DNA of 64,000 nt, taken from NCBI RefSeq assembly GCF_009834535.1, contig NC_045696.1, positions 26,538,001-26,602,000 of the forward strand, in the 5' to 3' direction. The notes beneath the pieces were generated by a model, which saw only the letters and a list, made by a program, of their open reading frames with translations, searched no databases and had not been told where the DNA came from. The DNA comes from Camelus ferus (Eukaryota). A program made the translations under genes and the position numbers. This document shows positions 51,621 through 64,000 of the stretch, piece after piece (position 1 is the stretch's first letter; each line of letters opens with the position of its first letter).

Positions 51621-53879
51621 AAATAATTGGGGAAAAGAAAGGGGGATGAAGGGAAACCAAAAATCTTTCTCCTAACCTCCAACAATATGTCCAGGCAACA
51701 GATGAGTCATACAAAGGAAAAAGATAATTCTCGGAAAGTAGAACACTCAGAAATATATATTATTTTGGGGAGTTCTTCAGGGCTTATCTGGATCTAACCA
51801 GCCAGGATAGACTACACCCAAGTAAGCCCCCAGTATTTAAAACCAGTTATTAAAGGAAGTCAGAAAAGGCTGTAAGGATTGTGATTTGGGGATGACTGAG
51901 GCCAGATGGTAATAATTAGACACAAATATTACCTACTTGGCCAGTTCTATGTCTGTGTTCTGGAATGCAAACATATTTAAGACCCATAATTATAGAAAAC
52001 TTATATATATGTATATATTTCATTCCTTTAGAGGAAAAGGCAAATTTTAAGAAAATAGATTCATATCAGGTTTGGGTTTAGTAATACCTACTCATCTTCA
52101 GGTATTTAAACATATATCCTGAATTTGGTACAAACCTTGCACCATCTCTTATACTGTCTACATTTATACCTATATTTTTAAATAAGGAGAATTAGTATTT
52201 CTGTGAATTATAGATCCTGAGATAAATATTGATTTTCTTTATTATATGTCAGCAAGAAAATATAAGACCTAAACAGTTTAAAACAAAGATGAGGCAAAAA
52301 AGCACAAGGTGTGTAGCTGAGGTCATAGAAAGCATGTTCATCCCCAAAGAAGACTCCCCAAACTTCTTTCATGACAAATGGTTGCAAAATTTACTTTGAA
52401 ATTTTTATATATAATCTATGCCATTTTTAGTGCCTAGTTTACATCCTTAGAGGAAACATTTAGCTATCTTCATGCTGATTATTAGAATTCTACGTTTCAA
52501 ATAACAGATACTCATAGGCCCGAGCCTAACAATGTGAAGGATATGCTACAATGATTCAGAACCGTCTTGTAGAACTGAAGAGTAGGTATAAATTTCATTC
52601 TTCGGCACTGTGTGGGATTAGGGAGTGGAAGGCATTATGCCTCTCTCTGTGTCTGCTTCAGTTTTCTTTCTCTCAAAGATAAGCTTACTCTTAGTTTCCT
52701 GACCATATAATATAGAAAAACAAACAGAAAACCAACTAACAAGAAATGCAAGAAAACAAAGCAAAGCAACCATGGCTTCTGCCAAATCCTGAGTTGGCAT
52801 GTTGCGCCCACAGTGGACTCTTCTTTCTCAGTCCTGACTTTAAATTCCTAGGGACTGAGCTGAGCGTAGCTTGGGCTAAGTGATCACCTTTGAGGAATCT
52901 GATGGCCTTGCCTGGCCCAGTGAGAAGCAAGGCACGTTGTGCAGAATCGCTGCCCAGACTAACCTCTGCCATCCTGTGGTCAAATAAGGAAAGCAGTTCC
53001 CAAAGAAGGGTGGCATGGAGAGACAGGGCCCAATGACTTCCCCCGAGGAGTCCATTATCAATATAAATACTGCGTTTTTAAATGCCAAAGTGATTGCTAG
53101 AGAAGCCAATGAGTTAAAAAAAGAGTCTTGCTGTGCCCCTGGCACACATGATGTACTGGATGTGCTGGGGATGCTATACACCGCCTCTACCAGTTACACC
53201 TATTCCTTTGGGAAGCCTCAGAATAATAGCACCTCTATACTGATCTCATCTTGTCCTGTTCCCTTTCTGCTGGCTACATAGTTAATTAACAAAGGATCAC
53301 CGCTGTGCAGTCTATGTGGTGACCAAGGGGAGAGCCCCACGTACAAGGGACACACTATGCTGGACTGTGGTGGCCAAACCATCAAGGCATTTCTTTCTCA
53401 GTGAGTTTAAGTTGAAATTGCTGACCCTGATGTTAGAGGCAGTTCAGGCGTGACCGGCTCTGCCGAGGAAGCTGGGTATTGAATGGGCAGAAGTGTTTCC
53501 CTAGAACCCAGACAAGAGCTGCTCCTGCAGAAATGACCAGTAGAGATGCTTCTGAATCAGTACAGTGATAGCCAGAGCAAGAGAGCCAGGGGTGATGAGG
53601 AACTGTAAGAAAAGACATTTTAGGTCTGGAGGAGCTTCTAAGACCACTTTCTACTTTCCCAAACTTTCCTGTACGTTGTAAAAATAAGCCCTGCTCATCT
53701 GAGCGTGCTCCTGTGCCATGGAACTTAAAAGAGCCTAACCGACACGCTTCTCAAGATACAGAGACACCCAGCGATGAGCGCAACTGGAACAACGCTCAGA
53801 TTAACAGTAAATAATTTGGAAGGGTGTTTTATTGATAGTAACAATGAAAAAAGCAGTAGTAATAACAAAGGCAGTAATA

Positions 53880-54110
53880 CTATTTCTTACTGAGTGCTGC
53901 GCTCCCATGGAAAGCACTTCACCGGGATTATCCTAACCTAAACAACACGACAGGCCTACGAGGCAGGTTTAAGTATTATCGTTCTCATATTCAAATGATG
54001 AATCTGAGGCTCAAAGAGGTTAGGTTTCCCAAGATCCCATAGCCAGAAAGTGATAAAGCCAAAAATGTGACTATAGAATCTGAGCTCTTAACCACTTGGC
54101 TGAACTGCCT
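53880..54110 (-). mobile_element. MIR SINE
   Basis: atgatgaatctgaggctcaaagaggtta...cccaagatccca...gctcttaaccac. Confidence 0.75.
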
Positions 54111-54119
54111 CTCCTATGG

Positions 54120-54205
54120 GATTAAAAAATAAATAAATAAATAAAATACGTATATATATGTGTATATATATATATGTATATATATATATTTATAATATAT
54201 ATACA
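54120..54205. repeat. (AAAT)n/(TA)n simple repeats
   Basis: Direct observation. Confidence 0.9.
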
Positions 54206-55229
54206 GTATTGAGAACAGATTGTATTTCATTTTGAGAAACCAACCAAAGTACAACATAAAGACGCCCACATAGAGGACTCCCAGTAGCAAATATGTGGTC
54301 ACCTTTTCCACATATTTTCTGAAATATTTGTCCTTAGATAATAATCCCACAGTATTTCAACATCTGGTTCAAATTATGCATTTTGCTTTATCTCTAAAAC
54401 TGCAAAATGTTATGTCATTAGCACCAAGCAGACATGTGTTCCTCATTATGTTTTATTCTATTCATATTGAAATAGTTATTAAAATAACATGACACAGTTT
54501 CTCCATTCTATTTGTACTATTTTAGGAGCAAATAAAATGTTTTATTGTTAGCATAAAGAGGCATATTGAAAATTTGGGGAATCTTATTCTCTTATTTTGT
54601 TTTTGCAAATTATCAATTGTGTTAAAACATTAAAATGTAACTCAGAGTTTATTAAAAATAACTTCCACTCTAATGAAACTGTTCTTCCCAGTGCAATCAG
54701 TTATTGTTTAAGAGACATTGGAAAGCTTTTTAAAAAGTAGCTTGTCTCTATTCATCATTTTAGGAGCTTAACTCCGTGGATTACTTCTTTTTTTCTAAAT
54801 AAATGTTTCCCTTTTTGACTTATGTGATGTTTTATTCAGGTCCGTCCACCTCTCTGACTGCTCCTGTCACTCACTGCACCTTAACACAGCTGTCTTTCAA
54901 AGCACATGTGTTATACTAGAGCTTTTGACATTTTATACTTATCCAGGGAAACAACAAGTGTCAGTTAGACAGTGGTTTCAATAGTTTGCATGTAAGTTCC
55001 AAGAAGCATGGGTCCTGGATTCAGCCTTCCTGGATTCACATTGCTCTCTAGTTACTAGATTGTGACTTTGGGTAGGAAAACTAATACCTTCTCACTTCAG
55101 TTTTTTTTATCTTTAAAATTTGGAAAAACATAATACATTGTCTATAGGGACTTTGAGAGGATTAAAATGAGATAATAGGAAATGGTAGACACATTGTAAG
55201 CACTTAATCAACATGAGCTGTTCATTTCA

Positions 55230-56600
55230 GCCCGACCTCTCAACCACGCTCCAATTCCATATTCCTCGCACTCTCCAGATGCAGTATTTAGTAGGTAAGA
55301 ATAAAGACTCACTGATTAGGAGACAATACATTTTAAGAAGAGTAGTGAAATGATAAAAGATTTTGATTCTGGAGGCAAGAGTACCTGAGAGATGGCCGTG
55401 GTTCTCAGGCAAAGAAATGGGAAGGGTCTGCATCTAAGAAATGATAGTAGGCATAGAGTGATCTTTTGGAAATGGAGCTTACATGACTTTAAGACTGACT
55501 GCATGTGTAGGACAAGGGGAGAATAAACAAGAGGGATTATTTGCAATGATTGAAGTACTGAATGAATTGCTGGACAACCTTTTAATACAGAGAATGGAGA
55601 TTATTGAGAGTGGCAATGAGAGTGACAGTGAAACGGGGTGTTGAGTTCAGTTTTGGATATCCTGAGTGTGAACCTTCTGTTAGAAATTCAGTTAGAGCTG
55701 CTCAGTGCGTGTGTGTGTGTGATTAGTATATCTACACACACACACACACACACACAAACACACACCCCTGTCTAAAAGTCTTTCAATTATGAGGTATCGA
55801 TATACATTTATAGGTTATCAGCTCATAGATATGCATAAGATAACTTAAGGGGAGTTTGGAGACTGAGTAGAAAATTGAACTGAGAAAGGAATGCAATGCG
55901 ACACCAACTATAAATACTATCTGGAAGAAGAAGAGCCCAGACAAGTAATTGAGATAAAATGCCCAGAAATATAGAAGAACAATCTTGAGATACTGTTTCA
56001 TGAGACACTAGTTCATGGAAGGTGGGGATGAAAGCATTTGAAGAGTTGGCATGTGAGGTGGGCCAACAGCACTAATGCTGTTAAAAGGAGACGATCTCAG
56101 CTTGAAAGCGTGCCTGAGATTTGGCAACTTGGGGACACTTGAAATTTTCTGAGAACATTTTCCTCTTGACTAGTTGAATTGGAAGCCAGCCATACTGCAG
56201 TGAGTTGAAAAACAAATGGGAGTTGGAATGTGAAATAGGAAGAGGAAATAGGGTGTTTAGAACCTTAGCTGTGAAGGAAAAAGATGTTGTAGCCAGAGTA
56301 GATGACAGATATATAAAGCCCAGTAGAAGTTGTTTGTGTGTTTGTTCTTTCTCAAGATGCTGGAAAGGTGAAGATGTTTACTTTATTAGAGGAAAGAAAT
56401 AACAGAGTAAGAAATCTGGAGTCATCAATGAGCTAGAGGATGTCCCATGAAGCAAGATCCATGATAATGGAGGAGATGGGAAATGATCCCCTCACCCAAA
56501 AAGTCTAGTGTTAGAATGGAGAATGATGTAACATCCCTGCAAATGAAAGTGGGTAGAAGGGAATGATTAATACAAATACAAATGAGTTTATCGACTGAGA
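55230..56600 (-). mobile_element. Degraded L2 fragments
   Basis: gagttcagttttggatatcctgag, gactgcatgtg and other purine-rich L2-like text. Confidence 0.55.
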
Positions 56601-57499
56601 CAGAAGCAACGCGAGAAGTGAAGACCTTTCTGTTGATAACACTATTACCACCATCACCACCACCACGAATACTAATCTCCTTCTCCTGTCCCTTTTCCTG
56701 CATGGTCTCATTCTAATTCTTCTTGATCTCTCTCTCCCTTCTTCTTATTCTTTCCCCTTCTTGCCTTCTCCTTTTATTTCTTCTTTTTTATTTTCTGGTT
56801 GAGTAAAAGGAGAGTTCGTGGCGTGAAAAAGCTTGAGAGCCCCTAGTATCAGTATAACCATGTTTCTCATATTCTCATATTACATCAGTGGACGGGGAGA
56901 GAGAGAGAGGATTAGACATATTGGTATAGATAGATATACAGATTATAGATATAAAATACTTGAAATCCAAACACAAATAACACATTCCTAGAAACATAAA
57001 GATACCTTTGTATTTTGTATTTCCAGATTGAAAAAAAATGTTATGATTGTTGAGATGTTGACAGAGAAAATATAAGGAATTAGACTGAGCTGAAGAAACT
57101 TTTGGCAGAAAGAAACAGCAAGTGTATGTTTTCTTGGTTCTGTAATATTTTCTTCAGTTATGTTGAACTAAACAAACAAAGATACAAAGCCTGTTGACTC
57201 AGTTTGGCTGCAGAAAGGCTTACACCCAAGTGAAATTTCCTACAATGAAAAAGTTGGTGAAGTAAAAATAAATGAATAAATTAGGCAGGAAAATAATTAA
57301 TATTTTCAAATCACTTTTCTGGTGGATTTCCAGGCAGCTTCTAAGCAGGTACACCACGGGAACTCAGGAGGAAGAGAGCAATGAAGCAAGTAACTTGGGG
57401 ATGTTGGTTTTTTTTTGAAAGCATGGCGGGCAAAGTTTCAAGGGGTTGATGCCTTTTGTTCAGCTCTAGTGGAAGTCCTAGGACATGGTTCCTAGCATC

Positions 57500-57632
57500 C
57501 TAAGTGCCTAGTGCTATGATGAGAAGTGTTGGAGCTTTCATTAGAAGAGAGTTTGTTATTAGCTTTTCCTAACTTCTATTGTTATTAGACTTGTTGATTC
57601 TTCCAGTTTAAGAATAAATCTTTCTACTTATA
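57500..57632 (-). pseudogene. PKD-domain second-half exon remnant
   Basis: Pyrimidine tract + ctAG; IYS*TG..TIEV..ANNKLSS (cf. Y..G.Y.VTV.ASN.VS); 3' end approximate. Confidence 0.4.
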
Positions 57633-58651
57633 CTAGCCAGAGGAAGATAAGCAAAACACAGATGCCAAAAAAGAAAAAAAAGAATATGTTTAGGTAAAAA
57701 AACTACACTTGGGTGAAAGAAATACCCCAAATAGGTCCCTAGGAACATGGGGATGGAGCAAAGGAAGGCCAAGGTCTAGAAGAAAGAGGAAGAGGAGGTA
57801 GAAGAAGACAAAGGAAAGGGCGAGGAAGTGCTGAGATGTGCATACACTGCAACAGCCCTGGAAATATCAGTGAAAATTTTCCAGATACTTAATGTTAATT
57901 GATGCTGGTGATAAAAGTAGGCTGGCTCTAAATTTGGGGTCACATGCTATTTGAACTTACTTATAGCATCCAGATATCAACCTGGTCACTTCTATCCTCC
58001 ATTACCTCCTGTGATGTCAAATGTCTACTCAACTCACCCAGCTCACTGCTATTCTGCCCCAGTGTCCTAGGACTCCCCCAAGGATGCTTACTCTTGTTTG
58101 AACAACAGCAACTCAAGAGCAGCCAAATCTCCTCCTGAAATAGTGTACCCCTTATGTTTTATCCATTTCATATTTATTCTCTAAACATGGATATCTTTGA
58201 GACTAATCGATAAGTCCATATCTCATCATGCTTTCTTTTTCTTTAGGGAAACATTCTGCTTTCATTATGTATACAATCCCAAACGAGTGTCATTCTCTCT
58301 TTAGTAGGACTTTCCCCTTTCCCTCCAGCAATTTTAAATGTCTGTCCTTCATCTCCTCCAGGAAGCCTTTCAGGATTGCTCCAGCAGGGAATCCTCATAT
58401 TCACTGCATTGTACTGTAGCACCTCTTGTCTATTTCACTTTTTAAAAAATTTAAAAAGACAAATTACTTTTAATTTATAAAAGGTAAATAAATGCTTGTC
58501 CTTTTTTTCCTGCTTCATTTTTTTCTTATATTATCTCATCGATTAGACCCTAAGCTCCTGAAGAGCGGGGATAAACAATATTTTGACTTTCTTAAATAAT
58601 AAATGAAAGGCAACAACAGTGACAAAAATAACCCGTCCATATGGCACTCAC

Positions 58652-58775
58652 CATGACAACTGGAAACAAATTGACCAGAAATGTGCTACGTTTTAGGCAA
58701 TTGTATTGCCAAAGAAATCCCAAACCTTTGTCTCAATGAGGTATGACAGTTTGGTTTACAAAGAAATCTCTGGGC
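58652..58775 (-). pseudogene. PKD-domain first-half exon remnant
   Basis: ttttaaAG acceptor, atg|GTGAGT donor; PRDFFVNQTV..., then WDFFGN (cf. WDFGDG). Confidence 0.55.
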
Positions 58776-59445
58776 CTTTAAAATTGCAACGGTAGGAGGT
58801 GATGTGCACATGCTGTACTAGCTCCAAGAAGATTCTGTGCTCACCTCAGATGTGGCCAGGAGATACTGGGCAAGGCAGATTCCTCCAGGGGCCAAAGCCA
58901 AGGCCTCAGAGGAAAATAAACAAGGAATAGCCTATCTAAGAAATCAGGGCCTGTCCGATTGGCTAATCATGGAACAAATTCCACTGCCAGAGCCAGGCCT
59001 GGAGTCTCTTCCTATTAGGTGGCATTTGAATTCTATGCATTGTTCATTTTCCTCTTATAGCATTTTAATCTACAAGGCACAGGAGCCACACGGAAATGTG
59101 ATGTGCCCAGATCTTCATGTAACTCAAAGATCCTGGGGCTCGAGCTCTTTGCAGAAACTCTCAGAGACATAGGGGTTGCTTCCTGTGAGGGAAGATTGTG
59201 TTTCTTCTATATATGGGGACAAAAGGTGCATGCTGATGTTTGGGTGGGCACAAACTCAGCTGGTTGCCTGCCCAATATTCATTCTCTTTTCCTTGCCAAC
59301 AGAACCCTGGGCATTGTGCCCAGATAAAGATAAATATAAGGGAGCAAACTGAGATTTAAACAGATGTTGTGTGACGATTCAGGATAAGTTTTTTCCCTTC
59401 CTCTGTGCATCTTCCTTTCTGAAGCCTCAAAAGAGAATATGATAG

Positions 59446-60047
59446 TGTATCAGGAGTCCCCAAACCACCTTCAGATTTGTTGACTGGCTCAAGGGATTTA
59501 CAGAACCTGGAAGTTCTTCTTTTCATGGTTATAGTTTATTGCTGCAAAATTATATAACATAAAATCACAAAGGGAAAAGGTGCATGGGGCGAAATCTGGA
59601 GAAAACCAGTCTCAAGCTTGCAAGATTCTGCTCCCAGTAGAGTTGAACAGGATGTGCTTAATTTCTCTAGCAACAATATGTGAAAACATGAGCAATGTAT
59701 TTTCTACCAGGGAAGTTTACCTGTGCCTGAACCTAGGTGTGCAGGTTTTTCATGGGGTTTTTCAGTCACAAAAAGCATACAGTGCTTGCAGGACTTACCA
59801 AAGTCCCCCTAGATACCCAAAGGAAAGCAGGTGTTCACCATAAATTATACTTGTTTGCACAATTTATTTATAAAAACTGGTATAGTTATAGGCTCCAAGC
59901 CTACAAAACATTCCTACCTGTTAGAACATTCAAAGACTTCAATTCCTAAGAGTGGTCAAGGGACAATTCAGTCAAAAGACAGCCCACTACTGGGAATGTG
60001 CAAGGTCTGAGCAACTCAGGCCTGCTGAATTAACTCTTTCTGGCACA
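59446..60047. mobile_element. MER21-like LTR nested in an MLT1 LTR (~59230-60300)
   Basis: tgtatcaggagtccccaaaccacc...cagcccactactgggaatgtgcaagg...ggcaca. Confidence 0.7.
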
Positions 60048-60599
60048 GATGGCTGGTGCACTAGCAGCCATCTTGTGATTCTGGGAGTGGAATCTAGGGC
60101 TAACTTAGTTGTCTTTATAGATCTACCAATGCAATCCTAGCTTGCTTAACTCTTCACTTCTTTGTGTGGTTGTGTATGTGAGTGCATGTGTGAAAGAGAG
60201 GAAAGAGAGAGAGAGAGAGACCTACGTTATACACCAAAGCTATTGTTAATACTCATCTCCATTACTAATGACTGAATTCAGTATCTAATTCTTAACTGAC
60301 ACTAAAGTGAATGCTTACAGTACTTTATTTCTTCAGTCTAAAAATGACAAGTATGAAATATTCTTTGAGTAAGATTTTTATTTATTGATAGTTATCACTG
60401 AGTTTTAAACTAATGACAAATTTGAATTTTCTAGGATGCATTCCATCAGTATAATTGCTAGAGCTCATGGCTACTTGCATTGAGTTGTAAGAGGACTGAA
60501 CACAGAGATCAGGAGTTACTCTATGAAAATTCTTCAAAAGCTCAAATTTTTAATTTTACTTTATGGACCAAAGTTGGCTGATGATGACTTCAGGTAAAG

Positions 60600-60892
60600 G
60601 AGAATAAAAAAAAGGTGTTTATATGATTCTGAAGGCCAGCGCAACTATTATCCACTTTCTCTCCCTTTCTTTTTCATTAAATACGTCAAGTTCTTAGGTT
60701 CTGCTTTACTCAGAGAACTTTGAAGACTGCAGCTATGATTTGCCTGCATCACTTTCTCAATATCATTGGGCTTTAAGGCAGCTATAAAATACAGGCTCCA
60801 ATGGACCATTCATATCTTGCACCTTGTTCCTCGGACTCTGTTCCTTGAGTAGGCTAAGTCTGCATATTAGCTAAAATGACATCAGAAATAAA
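60600..60892 (-). pseudogene. PKD-domain-like exon remnant
   Basis: tttctcAG acceptor; GARYEWSIG...LTYLMKKKGR..IIVALAF across frames; 3' end approximate. Confidence 0.35.
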
Positions 60893-62007
60893 CTGAGAAA
60901 GAAAAGATTTATGGATTTAAAACTTCCTTGGCAAGCTATCTTGATAGGATTCAATCAGAGATTGCAAGCTACATGAAACAACTTTTTAAAAGGAACTTTA
61001 TAAATAAATATATTAAATAGATAAAATGAAATGGGTTGTCATGCCTGATACAGCAATTTATAGTTATATAAATATATCATTTTTGTTTTAATAATGCTTA
61101 TAATTTTAATTTCTACTCAAATATATACATTTTAAATGTTTACGGAATTTTTCTTTCTGAAACACTTTTCTGATTTTGATGATCTTTTCTAATGGTCTTT
61201 GTCTCAACTGTGTTTTCTTGAGCATAATTAAGTCTGATTTTAGAGAAAGGGCAATAAAATTTCCAGAAAATGATGGAAAAGTAAAATCAGCAGCCTTATA
61301 TTAATTATCTATTCATTGCATATTATCCATATATTACTCTTTTTATCCATTATCTTCTACGTTAAAGCTGTACTAAGATGCAATTGGAAGATTACTGTCT
61401 ATAAATATCAGAAATATTTCATTATTATACTTAAAATATAAAACGACAACAAATATTTCCTGTGTCTCAAAGTAAAAAGATCCCAAAGATATAAACTAAT
61501 AATTAGCTAAAATACAACCACAAATAAGCAGACCCTAGCAAATAAAAGGTACTCAATAAATATTTTTGAATGAATGAAAGGCCAGGTGGTTGAGAAATTT
61601 ACTTCCTGGACTATGTTACTGGCAAGTACTTCTAAGCTGGTTATTAATTTCAGGGCAACCAGCATATAGTTTATTGAACTTCAGAAATGCACACTCAGTC
61701 TTTCACATTGTTCCACAGACTGTGAATGTTAAATCTCCAAAAAAAATTAAAATCATGTGAATGCCTCTCTGAACTGGTAACGAATATTTATTTTTACTTT
61801 CCAGGTGTCTTCCTAAATTTTCACTCAACTCATAATACAATTTTCATCTTTTTGCTCATTCTTTCTTCTGAATAAATGTTCTTAGTTTAACCCCTGCTCT
61901 AAAAAGTGACTTAGCTATACTTCAAAAAAAAAATAAAATCTGTATTTGAACTACCTGGTTTCAATCATAACTTTCAAAAAAGGTTTTATGCCAAATGCAC
62001 ATCTCAC

Positions 62008-62244
62008 CTTCTGGAGAGCTTCGTAAAAGGTGAAAATGAATGGAATAAAATGAACTGCAAAATATGGTTTTTAGTCCTGAAATGGCCTGGTTCCTCAAGA
62101 TGCAAAGGTCAAATCGTAATGTTATGCCAATATATTTCGTAAAGTATACTGAGGGTACTGCATTTAGAGAAGCTAATTTGCATGACAAAAATTGTGACAT
62201 GAACAGCGGTTGGCACAAAAATCAATACATTCATGTGACAGGCA
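62008..62244 (-). pseudogene. Cys-rich ectodomain exon remnant
   Basis: ttattgcAG acceptor, aag|GTgaga donor; CLSHECIDFCANRCSCHNFCHAN, then stops/frameshift. WSC-like or PKD1 LDL-A-like Cys cluster. Confidence 0.5.
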
Positions 62245-63269
62245 CTGCAATAAATCATAAAAATGAAGAAATGGGTGAATTTAGCCCAATTTAATGATAA
62301 AGTTAAACTAATATCTTATGCTATTATCTAAGAATAGCACGCCCAGGAAAATGCAGAAAATTAAGAGCTGTACTTTACATAATTTTAGCACTTAATCAGT
62401 CTCAAAAATAACAGTGAAAAATTGTTTCTGACCTTCACTTTTATAGGCGAGGCGTGATACCTGCGCATATCTGTAAACTGGCTAATTTTTACACAACATG
62501 AGTGTAATCAGGCCATCATGTGCATAATGAGGGCTCACTCAGCATGTACATCACACTTCATCATGTAAACCCAACAACAGCTCTTCCCTGGGGACCAGAT
62601 TTATTTTCATACTACATTTCACAAATAAGGAAACTGAGGCAGAAAACAATTAGCCTATTTGGCGTAGGTCAGAAGGAAAATCTGTGCCAGATATCAAAGT
62701 GTGATTCTTAGCTGCTGGAAGCAGGATTCAAGGCCACTCAGTCTTCAATCTCCTGAACTGTTACTTCTTGGGTCATGTCACCATAGATATAATTGCTGAT
62801 ATTCATAGGCTAAGGGATTTTCTGTCAGGATGGATTTTCCCACTTACTCGAAGAACTGCAGCTATGAAAAACTAGCTTCAGTTCCGAGAATAGCATCTCA
62901 AGGGCCTGGGGACATATGGATATGCACCCAAATACATGCATGTGCATTTTTCAAAGCTAAAGGAAGTTGAGCGTGTGAAAGAGAAGAGCTCACATATAAA
63001 CCTAGGGTGGTAAACTTTCTTTGTGTGGATATGCAGTCATTATGACCTTGTTCACGGCCATCCTTGAGACTGGAACATCTAATCAGCCATAGATCTGACT
63101 CCTGTATATTCTGAGCGGTCTAGAACAATCTTAATTTAATATTATTATATTCTTTAAAAAAAGATATTTGTTGCATATATACATATTGATTTGTTAAAAT
63201 TTAAATGCCTTGAGATTTTTCCATTTGCATAAATCTATAAATATTAAAAATGTCTTCCACAGTCACTAT

Positions 63270-63596
63270 GTCTAATTTTAAGTTTATTATCAATGGAGAG
63301 GATGGAAGCCAGGGAAATTATATATTGCATTTTCCAAATATATTTTAATTGCTTTGAGTAAAAGTAAGACTGCTTCAGAGAGAAAATATAGCCATATGAA
63401 AGGCAATTTAAAGGGGATATGAGTGGTAGTGAGAAAGAATTGCCTTGGTAATTCTTTTGCAAGATATTGTGTGATAATTTTATTTAGCAGCTGCTGTCTC
63501 TTAAAATATGATATGATGTCAGAAATAGTAGGACCCATATATTCCAGGAACAGGACATTCACTGCAATATGTTACCAAAGATGGTTCTGTCCTGAA
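63270..63596 (-). pseudogene. Possible ectodomain exon of the PKD1-like pseudogene
   Basis: ttttttcaAG acceptor; LYFLSEAVLLLLKAIK..NFPGFHP loosely resembles PKD1 'PGLRLSREAFLTTAEF...LQVYR'; 3' end approximate. Confidence 0.3.
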
Positions 63597-64000
63597 CTTG
63601 AAAAAACCAGTTTAGGGAAACTGTCTTCCATATTACTGGTAGCAAATTGAAATTTAAAAAAATACACGTTTATAAAATTTATATATGTATATGACTTTTC
63701 CAAGAACTATCTATACATAGATGAGTATGGATAAATGTATGTAATTAACAATACAGACATTTCACATGCATTTGCATATCTGAACATATATATACATACA
63801 AAATTTTATTTCTAGCTGTCCTTCAGTGTATAGTAATTACACTTAGAAGTTTTTATTTTATTATTAGGGACATTTAACAAAATAATAATAATGCTGATGC
63901 CACTAATAAATGCTACTTGAGTTGATTTAAACATATGAAGAAAGAAAGAAAGAAGATACTGGGCAAGAATTGCTCTCTGTTTTCTTATAATGACTTGCTT

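Larger units (their letters stand above)
15930..63596 (-). pseudogene. Decayed multi-exon polycystin-1 (PKD1)-family gene; probable unitary pseudogene, 5' end likely outside window
   Basis: Colinear series of degraded exons matching polycystin-1 motifs by eye: C-lectin HYCYTVV..WCSNQGADLA; PKD repeats (AIFNYIFGD, VTYKP..FEIRVSIF, TPSP..DWDDG..RAAMYLSAG); REJ (SKLLLPDSSL, VMRETSLYLEAICQKCS, GSFSKPKTYLP); GPS (KGC..VHCC-DHL); TM1 (CLSSY..ILHKL); PLAT; TM4 (P..ASL..SLLL); TOP (WL..RSSRAVLFLE); S4-like LKVMHLL..N; last TM EPIYLTIYL. Many in-frame stops and frameshifts. Confidence 0.85.

Noticed and set aside
1..64000. Prokaryotic-type systems (CRISPR arrays, operons, defence islands)
   Set aside because: The sequence is clearly mammalian, with no regularly spaced repeat-spacer arrays and no dense ORFs.

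Overview
AT-rich mammalian genomic DNA, most likely camelid (two tRNA-derived SINEs of the camel/alpaca Vic-1 type). It is dense in L1, L2, MIR, MaLR, ERV LTR and DNA-transposon relics. No ORF in the supplied track is a complete gene. The main signal is on the minus strand. By hand translation, about 30 degraded exons between ~63.6 kb and ~15.9 kb spell out a near-complete polycystin-1-type protein in the expected order: PKD repeats, C-type lectin, more PKD repeats, REJ, GAIN/GPS, TM1, PLAT, TM2-5, TOP and TM6-11. Many exons keep AG/GT splice sites but carry numerous stops, frameshifts and transposon insertions. I interpret this as an ancient, non-processed pseudogene of a lost PKD1 paralog that is probably not one of the five living mammalian family members. 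Its 5' end probably lies beyond the right edge. On the plus strand, a phase-consistent chain of micro-exons (948-8720) ending in a stop and AATAAA suggests the 3' end of a separate, unidentified, convergent gene. All homology calls are by-eye comparisons with remembered PKD1/PKD2/PKD1L sequences, not database searches. Exon ends without a quoted splice site are approximate.
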